A stretch of 28,255 nucleotides of DNA, from assembly GCF_006345805.1 (NCBI RefSeq), contig NW_021827499.1, forward strand, positions 1 through 28,255. The letters run 5' to 3'. Below the pieces are notes generated by a model that saw only the letters and a program-made list of their open reading frames with translations, was not told the DNA's origin and made no database searches. The stretch comes from Octopus sinensis (taxonomy: Eukaryota). Below, piece after piece: positions 8,888 to 18,970 of this stretch (position 1 is its first letter; every line of letters starts with the position of its first letter). The translations under genes and the position numbers were made by a program.

Positions 8888-9355
8888 TATATATATATAA
8901 AATATAATGTGTATCATATAACATGCACTCATGCGCGCGCTCATACACACCACACACACACAAGATGCGTGCTCATAGGTTTCGGTTCAGAGGTACCGCG
9001 TGGTTGAGTAAATACTCAAATAAAATGTATGTACCTTATTGAATATCAGTCTTCTTACATTTGTAACCGAGACTATCTGATCTATATTATTTTCTTCAAC
9101 GAGTGTTCTGTCTCTTGGAAGTTTTTTTTCTAATTGCGTACCAAAACGGACGAACTCGCCCGTGAGGTGGATACTCAAAAATTGTTATACACACACACAT
9201 ATATATATATAGCGCTCAACGTTTGTGTGTTTACATGCGTGTATGTATAACATGTAAAGATCAAAGGGTAAGACACGCAGACAAACGAATGTGTACATAG
9301 GCATGTGTGTTGATTTGAAGACAGCACAACTATGCTTTCTGTTTATCGTATTCGG

Positions 9356-9398
<43 letters not shown>

Positions 9399-9412
9399 TT
9401 CTCTCTCTCTCT
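9356..9412. repeat. (CT)n/(CTAT)n microsatellite
   Basis: Direct reading. Confidence 0.9.
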
Positions 9413-9654
9413 GCGCCTCTTTCTCGTTTCTGCTAATGACCTTTTATTCGTTTCTCTTCCTATTAATGTTATTGCTGATCAAATGTCATTCGGAATTTCG
9501 GAACGTGAGGTTCCTTGTTCCAACCACATGCTTGAATGTGTATATGTTTTGTTTATACAAGCGGGAGGGAGGAGGAGGGGTGGGGGTCGCGTGCATGTGT
9601 GTGCGTGTGTATCTATATGTATATATGTATATGCTTGTATGAATATATATATAT

Positions 9655-9657
<3 letters not shown>

Positions 9658-9700
<43 letters not shown>
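9658..9700. repeat. (GT)n microsatellite
   Basis: Direct reading. Confidence 0.9.
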
Positions 9701-9704
<4 letters not shown>

Positions 9705-10294
9705 TGTTTCTTTGTATGTATGCATGCGTGCATAATATGTGTGTGTTTGTGTGTGCGCATGGTGTGTTCTTAGATCCTGAAGTAATCGCACTTAAATTGT
9801 AGAATAACGAATCGAAATCACGAAAATTATGGCAGAAGATAATAGCTTTTCATTAGTTTTGTTAACAATAGTGATTCGTGAGTACAAAAATGAATCACCC
9901 TAATTAATATTGCTGCTATAGTCTTTTGTGATTGCATTTTCTTGCTATTTTTAGATATTTTTTTTAAGTCCCCTAAATTATGATAGTTGGACGGAAAATT
10001 CAATGGAATTTACATATTTCCAGAAGCCGGAATTTTTGCGTTTAGTGAGACGGTAGATTCTGAGTGAAGTTCATAGAAAACCATTCATGGTTTTAAAAAT
10101 AACCGACTTTAAGAGAAAACAATGACACAAATCAAATTATTCAAATATACAAAAGTAGTCAAAGAAGGCTTTTTTGTCTGTTTCTCTAATTACGTTGCAA
10201 AATTAAAATATTGTATTTACTTTGTAGGAAAATAGAATTTTTTGAAGATTCTCTCGAAAACAATGATTATGACGGGTGATAAAAACAATAATCG

Positions 10295-10460
10295 TTTCTA
10301 CTATAGACACAAGGCCTGCAATTTTTGGGAGGGACGGTGCCCGTCGATTACATCGACCTCAGTACCAAACTGGTGCTTATTTTCTTTATATCTGAAAAGA
10401 TGAAAAGCGAAGTTCACCTCGACGGAATTTGAGCTTCGAACGATGCCAGCTCGCCACCTT
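10295..10460 (-). mobile_element. SINE-B copy, diverged and internally deleted
   Basis: tttctactatagacacaaggcctg...tcgattacatcgacc...gccagctcgccacctt. Confidence 0.8.
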
Positions 10461-10639
10461 TTCTCATTGTCGACCTACTATAAAAGGTGTAATCCTATAT
10501 TCTACAAAAATCCTATGAAAGATTCATGAAATTTTAAGATACTTGTTTTCGCCAAACCTCAAAACACTGTCCTATCTAACTAATATAGCATGTAATAGTT
10601 ATAAGAGGTTATTATTATTCTAATTATCATTATCATTAT

Positions 10640-11148
10640 TATTATTGAGTGATAATAATGACACTGGGGTACAAATATACCAAGCCCAATATACCCATCA
10701 TGACTACCCGTCTGATAAGGGTACACCATATGTGCGCGACATGGTGATCTCATATCAAGATAAACAGCGCATGACCTTGCAGGTGGGGTCCAGTGAGAAT
10801 TTTCTTCAGGTCGAATAGCCCATCCCGCCCAAAAGGATCTTGGATGAGGTTGTTTAAGGATGTTAAACGAAACACTCGTGTTTCCAGAAGTGAAGTATTC
10901 AATCCCTAAAAAACTCCTCTCAACACATGGCCTTGATGCTTGCCCACTACTCCTGCTCGTGATCAGAGATGTGCATATTGTCAGCCTCTATGGGACATAC
11001 CCAACTGTTTAAGGTTAAGCAACTGGCTAGCAAATCTGTGGTATTGAGCAGAATATTTACTCAAAGCAAAACACGTAACGTGTTAACACTTCCAATCAGT
11101 TAAGATCAAGATAGCCATGAGAGCCTCTGCCAGATATTGCATCAAGGT
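10640..11148 (-). mobile_element. Family X, longest copy (~510 bp), flanked by AAT/GAT repeats at both ends
   Basis: Reverse complement aligns to 7841-7970 and 20904-21262. Confidence 0.8.
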
Positions 11149-11176
11149 AGTTATCATCATCATCATTATTATTATT

Positions 11177-11422
11177 AAGACAGCGAACTGGCGAAATTCT
11201 TAGTCCGTCGAGCAAAATGCTTAGTAGCAATTCGTTCGTCTTTACATTCTGAATTGAAATTCCGCCGAGGTTGACTTTGCTTTTCATCATATCGGGGTCG
11301 ATGATGAATTAAGTACCAGTGAAACACTAGAGTCGATGTAATCGACAACTCCCCTCTCCACAAATATGAGACCTTGTGCCTCCAGTAGAAAGTTTTTTTT
11401 TCTGTTGTTGTTGTTGTTGTTG
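11177..11422 (+). mobile_element. SINE-B copy with (T)n(GTT)n tail
   Basis: aagacagcgaactggc...ttccgccgaggttgactttgcttttcatc...ccttgtgcctccagtagaaag. Confidence 0.85.
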
Positions 11423-11423
11423 C

Positions 11424-11722
11424 TAATGTTCAACTCAAATTGTTTAAATGCAGTATGACACATTTTACAGCGCTTAAATCGGTCTCGGCAATAACTTCCC
11501 CAAAGTGTTACGTTAAGCTGTAGGGATTTCAGTGATTCTTTCAACTTACCTTTATACCTTAACAGGGGCTCTTCCTTTACCACGGAATCCCTCCTCTACT
11601 TGTTGGTCATACAAAAGAATTTTCAGAATGCGATCACCTTGCATTCGAGCATGTCCTGCTCGTCTGCACTGAATTTTGTACAGCATGCTTTCGATGCTGA
11701 AGACAACACATTTTTACTAAAT
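11424..11722 (-). mobile_element. RTE-clade LINE remnant, inverted segment
   Basis: Minus strand with frameshifts: SIESMLYKIQCRRAGH..RMQGDRILKILLYDQQVEEGFRGKGR.LLRYKGKLKESLKSLQLNVTLWGSYCRDRFKRCKMCHTAFKQFE. This matches the RTE post-RT IESML..QLRWAGHV.RM...R.PK.LLY...RYKD.LK motif. Confidence 0.8.
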
Positions 11723-11724
11723 TT

Positions 11725-11920
11725 TTGACATTTGATATCTTATCTTCTCCAATCCCAAGCAAAATCAAAATCATCATTGCCCCTATTGTGACTTCATAGC
11801 AAAATCTATACCTGGACTCAGATTACATTCACGCATTTCATTGCAAATAAATGCAGCTTTATTTTTATCCTTTCCTTTAAACACTCAAATGTCGAAATCA
11901 CGGCAGTGATCATCGTCATT
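11725..11920 (+). mobile_element. RTE-clade LINE terminal zinc finger and 3' UTR, forward segment
   Basis: 11778-11850 reads CPYCDFIAKSIPGLRLHSRI(+1)HCK*, a C2H2-type finger as found at the C-terminus of many RTE ORFs. A short UTR ending gatcatcgtc and (ATT)n follows. Confidence 0.65.
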
Positions 11921-11923
11921 ATT

Positions 11924-11959
<36 letters not shown>

Positions 11960-12174
11960 CCTTTCTTCTATAAGCTCAAGGCCTGGATTTTTGTGGGGAG
12001 GGGGACAATCAATCACATCGACCCCAGTTGTTGACTGGTACTTAATTTGTCAACACTGAAAGGATGAAAGGCAAAGTCGACCTTGGCGGAATTTGAACTC
12101 AGAACGTAGCGGCAGACGAAATACCGCTAAGCATTTCGCCCGGCGCGCTAACGATTCTGCCAGCTCGCCTCCTT
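11960..12174 (-). mobile_element. SINE-B copy, full length
   Basis: Complete head to tail, with the (AAT)n tract at 11920-11959 as its tail. Confidence 0.9.
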
Positions 12175-12192
12175 AACAATAATAGTAATAAT

Positions 12193-12591
12193 CCTTTCTA
12201 CTAGAGGCAAAAGGCCTCAGATTTGTCGGGAGAGGACTAGTCGATTACATCGACTCCCAGTGCGTAACTGGTACTTAATTTATCGACCCCGAAATGATGA
12301 AAGGTAAGGTCGACCTCAGCGGAATTTGAACTCAGAACGTAGCGGCAGACGAAATACCTATTTCTTTACTACCCACAAGTGGCTAAACACAGAGTGGACA
12401 AACTAGGACAGGCAACCGGATTAAATCGATTATATCGACCTCAGTGCGTAACTGGTACTTATTTAATCGACCCCGAAAGGATGAAAAGCAAAGTCGACCT
12501 CGGCGGAATTTGAACTCAAAACAGAGCGGCAGACGAAATACTGCTAAGCATTTCGCCCGGCGCGCTAACGATTCTGCCAGCTCGCCGCCTT
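12193..12591 (-). mobile_element. Composite (dimeric) SINE-B
   Basis: Full monomer with tail type b (12591-12359) fused to a headless second monomer with tail type a (12358-12193). Confidence 0.8.
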
Positions 12592-12968
12592 AGCAATAAC
12601 AATAATAATAATATTAATCATAATAATTTCTTTATGAACCAATAAAAAAGTTAACGAAAATATCAGAGACGGTACAGGATGACGTAGTGTGTGGGATTAC
12701 TTAAAATGGATGTATGTATGCTATATTAGAAATAATTTTTGTTTATTATTATTTTGATATCGTATTCATTATATTACTTTTTGTCTCTAATATAGGCAGG
12801 TGCCACAAGGCCTCAAATACGTGGTAGGGGGAGGGGAGTTAGCCGTTACCATTGACCTCAGAGAAAGAAAAAGCAAAGGGGAACCCAGAACCGATGACAC
12901 AATCATCATCATCATAACCAATTATATTTGCGGGATTCTTCTTTGTTTTAATTATTTTTATTTATATA

Positions 12969-13364
12969 CTAGCAGTATTGCCCGGCGTTGCTCGGGTTTG
13001 TAAGAGAAATAACTATATAAGCATTTTTAGAGATGTAAAGTATAATAGCCATCTCAATATGGCTAATCACAAAGGGGGAGGGATGTTACTGTAGCTTTTT
13101 ACGTTCTGAGATTTAATAAATTTTTAGAGAGTTACTTCCCTTATATATGCCAAAAGTGCATTAAAAATGGGGAAAATTGATGGTAAATTGTTTTTAAAAT
13201 CGTAGACTCATCGTAGACGCGCGCTAATACCCAGAAGGGCTCGATATGAATCACGACTATAAGATACCCGGTTTTGGTTAAACTGCACCGCAAAATGTGG
13301 GAGTAGTTAGGAATCTAAATCGTAGGAGACAGACAGCACACAACCTCTCTTTTATATATAAAGA
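12969..13364 (-). mobile_element. Non-autonomous Helitron (~396 bp)
   Basis: Minus strand starts TC (13364-13363) after an A and ends CTAG (12972-12969) before a T. The GC-rich hairpin CCCGAGCAACGCCGGG lies 8 nt before the CTAG. There is no TSD. Confidence 0.8.
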
Positions 13365-13738
13365 TTTTTTATTCCCTCCTGCCCCTCCCCACCCCATCTC
13401 CTGCATCGCCACCTTTCACATGGAGTTTAGATACATACATTTTCTCTTGCCTGTATGTTTGCGCATGTATATATATGTGCATGTATATATTTTTTAATAC
13501 TTGCTACTTAGCGGAAATCCCACTCTGTTTGTGAACTGTCGGGCTAATTGGAAAAAAAATATATATTCTTCCTTCCAGTCTCGCAGATATGAAGAAGAGA
13601 CAAGAATGAACATTGCATTCCCAGTGTTCATCCATGTTTTAATGATTTTTTATTTTCTTTTTAAACTGAGACATATACAGTCGACCTCGGCGGAATTTGA
13701 ACTCAGAACATGGCGGCAGACGAAATACTTATACACGT

Positions 13739-13919
13739 AGGCGCAGGAGTGGCTGTGTGGTAAGTAGCTTACCTACCAGCCACATGGTTCTGGGTTCAGT
13801 CCCACTGCGTGGCATCTTGGGCAAGTGCCTTCTGCTATAGCCTCGGGCCGACCAATGCCTTGTGAGTGGATTTGGTAGACGGAAACTGAAAGAAGCCTGT
13901 CGTATATATATATATATGT

Positions 13920-13960
<41 letters not shown>

Positions 13961-14189
13961 TTGTGTGTCTGTGTTTGTCCCCCTAGCATTGCTTGACAAC
14001 CGATGCTGGTGTGTTTACGTCCCCGTCACTTAGCGGTTCGGCAAAAGAGACCGATAGAATAAGTACTGGGCTTACAAAGAATAAGTCCCGGGGTCGATTT
14101 GCTCGACTAAAAGGCGGTGCTCCAGCATGGCCGCAGTCAAATGACTGAAACAAGTAAAAGAGTAAAAGAGTAAAAAAGAGTAAAGAGTA
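13739..14189 (+). mobile_element. SINE-A copy, young, with (GTAAAAGA)n tail
   Basis: Full head, body and tail. Confidence 0.93.
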
Positions 14190-14193
14190 TACC

Positions 14194-14305
14194 GGCATGG
14201 CTGTGTTGTAAGAAGACGTTTGCTTTCCAACCACATAGTTCCGAGTCTAGTCCCACTACCTGTCACCTACTATAAGCCGACGGAAACTTAAAGAAGACCG
14301 TCGTG
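14194..14305 (+). mobile_element. Degraded SINE-A head fragment
   Basis: tggctgtgttgtaagaag...ttccgagtctagtcccact...gacggaaact.aaagaag.ccgtcg. Confidence 0.65.
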
Positions 14306-14513
14306 CGTGCGCGCGCGCGCGTGTGTGTGTATGCTTGGAAATGGATGCGTGGCGTTCAATCAAACAGCAACAACAACAACAACAATAATAATAAAAATAT
14401 GTATGTATATATATATTGATAGAAATGGCAAGACAACAAAAGAATGAAAGAAACTTCGATATTATGTAAAAAGAGGAATTTATCTGTAAATATAATATGT
14501 GACAATTATTCGG

Positions 14514-14588
14514 TGGCCATCATAAAACTCTGAATTTCGGATGTCGAGGCGGAAACCCACGCCGGCATCTCTTCGGGTATCGGGCCAT
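14514..14588 (-). ncRNA. Degenerate type I hammerhead ribozyme (U4-to-C), probably inactive, in a ~215-bp Penelope-like fragment (~14417-14632)
   Basis: Minus strand reads CCGAAGA (14576-14570), hairpin GAUGCCGGCG-UGGGUUUC-CGCCUCGACAUCC, GAAA (14538-14535), near-palindromic AUUC-A-GAGU, U17 (14526). Stem I pairing is poor. Confidence 0.45.
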
Positions 14589-14629
14589 CGAAAAAAAAAT
14601 GCTATGAAAATGACCGTTAAAACAAAGGG

Positions 14630-14666
<37 letters not shown>

Positions 14667-14673
<7 letters not shown>

Positions 14674-15281
14674 TATGTATGTATGTATGTATGTATGTAT
14701 GTATGTATGTATGTATGTATGTGTATGTATGTATGTTATGTATGTATGTATGGATGTATGTATGTATGTATGTATGTATGTATGTATGTATGTATGTATG
14801 TAGGTATGTATGTATGTATGTATGGTATGTATGTATGTATGAGTATGTATGTATGTATGTATGTATGTATGTATTATGTATGTATGTATGTATGTATGTA
14901 TGTATGTATGTATGTATGTATGTATGTATGTATGTATGTATTATGTATGTATGTATGTATGTATGTATGTATGTATGTATGTATGTATGTATGTATGTAT
15001 GTATGTATGTATGTATGTATGTATGTATGATATGTATGTATGTATGTATGTATGTATGATGTATGTATGTATGTATGTATGTATGTATGTATGTATGTAT
15101 GTATGTATGTATGTATGTATGTATGTATGTGTATGTATGTATGTTATGTAGTATGTATGTATGTATGTATGTATGTATGTATGTATGTATGTATGTATGT
15201 ATGTATGTATGTATTATGTATGTATGTATGTATGTATGTATGTATGTATGTATGTATGTATGTTGTATGTATGTATGTATG

Positions 15282-15312
<31 letters not shown>

Positions 15313-15604
15313 TGTATGTATGTATGTATGTATGTAGTATGTATGTATGTAATGTATGTATGTATGTATGTATGTATGTATGTATGTATGTATTATGTAT
15401 GTATGTATGTATGTATGTATGTAGTATGTATGTATGTATGTATGTATGTATGTATGTATGTATGTATGTATGTATGTATGTATGTATGTATGTATGTATG
15501 ATTATGTATGTATGTATGTATGTATGTATGTATGTATGTATGTATGTATGTATGTATGTATGTATGTATGTATGTATGTATGTATGTATGTATGTATGTA
15601 TGTA
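14667..15604. repeat. ~940-bp (TATG)n tetranucleotide array preceded by (TA)n
   Basis: Direct reading; source of all MYVC/HTYI pseudo-ORFs. Confidence 0.97.
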
Positions 15605-15611
15605 TATGGAT

Positions 15612-15993
15612 CGACGCAAGAGTGGCTGTGTGGTAAGTCGCTTGCTTCCCAACCACATGGATCCGGGTTCAGTCCCCACTGCGTGGTATCTTGGTCAAAT
15701 GTCTTCTACTATAGCCTCAGGCCGACCAAAGCCTCGAGAGTGGATTTGGTAGACAGAAACTGAAAGAAGCCCGTCGTATATATATATAAATGTGTGTGTA
15801 TTTGTGTGACTATATTTGTCCCCCCACCATCACTTGACAACCGATGTTGGAGTGTTTACGTCCCCGTAAACTAACGGCCTTTAGAATAAGTACTAGGCTT
15901 ACAAAGAATAAGTTCTGGGGTCGATTTGTTCGGCTACAGGTGGTGCTCCAGCATGGCTACAGTCAAATGACTAAAACGGAAAAAAAAAAGAGT
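15612..15993 (+). mobile_element. SINE-A copy
   Basis: Head gacgcaagagtggctgtgtggtaag through tail gctacagtcaaatgact. Confidence 0.9.
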
Positions 15994-16082
15994 CTATATA
16001 TATATCAGGTTTGGCAAGAAAAGCTGATCGAATAAATACCAGGCTTTAAGAGAAGTACTACGGTTGGTTTGTTCGACTAAAC

Positions 16083-16810
16083 CAGGGATACTCAACCATT
16101 TTTTTTATCTATGGACCCCTTTTGATTATTATTTTATTCTGGTAACCCCAATAGCCATTTCATGTTTAAAAACTACTTTTATAGAAACTTCTTTCAAAAT
16201 TTCTATTTTGCTTTTTTACACAAACTTATTATATTGGTTGAACTATGTAAAAATGTTAGAGAAAGACACTTAGCTGCCTCTTGCAAATACATACGAATAC
16301 ATACGTCTCTCTCTTTTACTTGTTTCAGTCATTTGACTGCGGCCATGCTGGAGCACCGCCTTTTAGTCGAGCAAATCGACCCCGGGACTTATTCTTTGTA
16401 AGCCCAGTACTTATTCTATCGGTCTGTTTTGCCGAACCGCTAAGTAACGGGGACGTAAACACACCAGCATCGGATGTCAAGCAATGCTAGGGGGACAAAC
16501 ACAGACACACAAACATATACACACACACATATATATATATACATATATACAACAGGCTTCTTTCAGTTTCCGTCTACCAAATCCACTCACAAGGCATTGG
16601 TCGGCCCGGGGCTATAGCAGAAGACACTTGTCCAAGATGCCACGCAGTGGGACTGAACCCGGAACCATGTGGTTGGTTAGCAAGCTACTTACCACACAAC
16701 CACTCCTGCAAAGCAAAAATTTTTCAGGGGTCCTTAAAATACTATGGTGGATCCCCAATTTACTTGTTTCGTTATGTGGACCCCCAAAAGTTTTATATGG
16801 ACCCCGGTTG
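16083..16810. mobile_element. hAT-like MITE, interrupted by a SINE-A, with an eroded right TIR
   Basis: Left end CAGGGATACTCAACC, repeated subterminal (T)GGACCCC motifs, and a right end at ...GGACCCCGGTTG. Possible degenerate 8-bp TSD GACTAAAC/GGCTAAAT. Confidence 0.55.
16309..16709 (-). mobile_element. SINE-A copy, young, nested in the hAT-like MITE
   Basis: Near-identical to 5988-6395. Confidence 0.93.
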
Positions 16811-17207
16811 GCTAAATCTTTCAAGGCGAAGCCCCACCATGGTCGGAGTCTAACGACTGAAATAAAAGATAAAGCGTGTGTGTGTGTGTAGTATGTAATC
16901 GCGTGTTCGCGCTTTGATGTTCTGAAATTAAATTTAATAAATAACGACTAAGACGTTTTGCCCTACAGCAGAAGCTGCAGTCGCGATTTGAGATAGTGAC
17001 AAAAGCTCAAGGAATTAGGATTTAATGAGAATATCGATTGACCTGGTCACCTCCTAGAAATAACAACCAAATCTCCATCAGCTTACACCTTATCATCTTA
17101 AAATATGTGTGTAAAATATCTATAATTTGCTGGATTGGGACAAACTCGTGGTTAAACAATCATATCAGGGTCTATGTTCCTGAAATCGTTTGTAAATCTA
17201 GAGAAGT

Positions 17208-17607
17208 TCTTTTACTCTTTTATTTGTTTCAGTCATTTGACTGTGGCCATGCTGGAACACCACCTTTTTAGTCAAGCAAATCGACTCCAGGACTTATTCT
17301 TTGTAAGCCCAGTACTTATTCTATCGGTCTCTTTTGCCGAACCGCTAAGTTACGGGGACGTAAACACACCAGCATCGGTTGTCAAGCGATGTTGGGGGAC
17401 AAACAGACGCACAAACATATATATATATATATATACATATATACGATGAGCTTCTTTCAGTTTCCATCTACCAAATCCACTCACAAGGCTTTGGTCGGCC
17501 CGGGGCTATAGTAGAAGACACTTGCCCAAGGTGCCACGCAGTGGGACTGAACCCGGAACCATGTGGTTCGTAAGCAAGCTACTTACCACACAACCACTCC
17601 TACGCCT
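17208..17607 (-). mobile_element. SINE-A copy with GAAGT target-site duplication
   Basis: GAAGT at 17203-17207 and 17608-17612. Confidence 0.9.
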
Positions 17608-18256
17608 GAAGTGGAGGGATTTTTTTCTTTACCCCGCAACAAATTTTTCTTTATTTTCATCAATACTGTTACGTTGCCGAATGTGGGTCTTTAGTTTCGT
17701 CTATAATAACTTTCTGGTAATCTTGTTTATTTATACTATACGTAAATATTACAGAACATTTAGGTCTCAGAAAATTTGTTTTTGTTCTGCAGTAATATAC
17801 AAATTTATTGTAAATGAAAGTTGCCTGTTATCTTAACCACTGTCTTGTGTATGAAACACAAAAGTGATTTTTTTGGTTTTTATTTTCCTTCTAATGTTTA
17901 CTTAAAATGAACCGCCAATCTAGCAATGGACTAGCGTTTGCAGAGGGGGTTTCTAACATTTTTGATTTAATCTGAAGCGTTTATGTATGCACGTACATGC
18001 ATGCATGTACATTCTAGTTGTGGTCATTTTGTTTTTTCTTATATAATATATAAAATAGTACTCAATGTGTCTTTCATTTTTAGACAATAGGGTGTGGTTT
18101 TCTGAGGTATTTGACTGCTATTTCTAGCAGATATCTGCATATTTTTATAAGTCGGAGCATCATTACCATATATACGTGTTTGTGTGTGTGTGTTCGTTCA
18201 AAAATTACGAAGAAAATAACATATTGTGCATATTTATATTATCAAATGTAACATAT

Positions 18257-18646
18257 AGGCGCAAGAGTGGCTGTGTTGTAAGTAGCTTGTTTACCAACCA
18301 CATGGTTCCGGGTTCAGTCCCACTGCGTGGCACTTTGGGCAAGTGTCTTCTACTATAGCCTCGGGCCGACCAAAGCCTTGTGAGTGGATTTGGTAGACGG
18401 AAACTGAAAGAAGCCTGTCGTATATTTGTATATATATATATGTGTGTATGCGTGTGTCTATGTTTGTCCCCCTAGCATTGCTTGACAACCGTTGCTGGTG
18501 TGTTTACGTCCCCGTAACTTAGCGGTTCGGCAAAAGAGACCGATAGAATAAGTACTGGGCTTACAAAGAATAAGTCCCGGGGTCGATTTGCTCGACTAAA
18601 AGCGGTGCTCCAACATGGCCGCAGTCAAATGACTGAAACAAGTGAT
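18257..18646 (+). mobile_element. SINE-A copy, young
   Basis: Full head, body and tail, followed by (GA)n. Confidence 0.93.
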
Positions 18647-18970
18647 AGAGAGAGAGAGAGTATATATATACACGCGCACACACACACACACAAATGTCAA
18701 AGGTGTGTAGTAACTTTCTTCCCTGGAGATTAACCAAATTTTATTAAGTGACTCAGTTTCGATGGGATCACTTAATGTTGGATAGACAGTGTCCCAACTT
18801 GGCTATATCATTTTGCTTGGATCTGTAAAAGAGTACAGTGAACTATTTGTTTTCCTTTCCTTTGCAAACCCATTTACTACTAGCTTCCTTTTCCCTTATT
18901 TTGTATACGAGGCAAGATAAATTTGTATATCTAAGCGCGTTATTTCTTACATGTCGTTCAACTGTAAAGT

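Noticed and set aside
8987-9178. 63-aa minus-strand ORF (GEFVRFGTQLEKKLPRDRTLVEENNIDQIVSVTNVRRLIFNK) with a donor-like AAG|GTACAT at 9035/9034
   Set aside because: No ATG start, no YAG acceptor with a pyrimidine tract and no family recognised. A TBLASTN/BLASTP hit or spliced reads would revive it.
14480-15763. ORFs up to 399 aa (HTYI/MYVC repeats)
   Set aside because: Stop-free frames of the (TATG)n array.
16162-16891. Recurring ORFs such as MLGGQTQTHKH...RRHLPKMPRSGTEPGTMW and ...MLEHRLLVEQIDPGTYSL
   Set aside because: They recur because they are read from SINE-A copies, and they vary in frame and length with the internal microsatellite.
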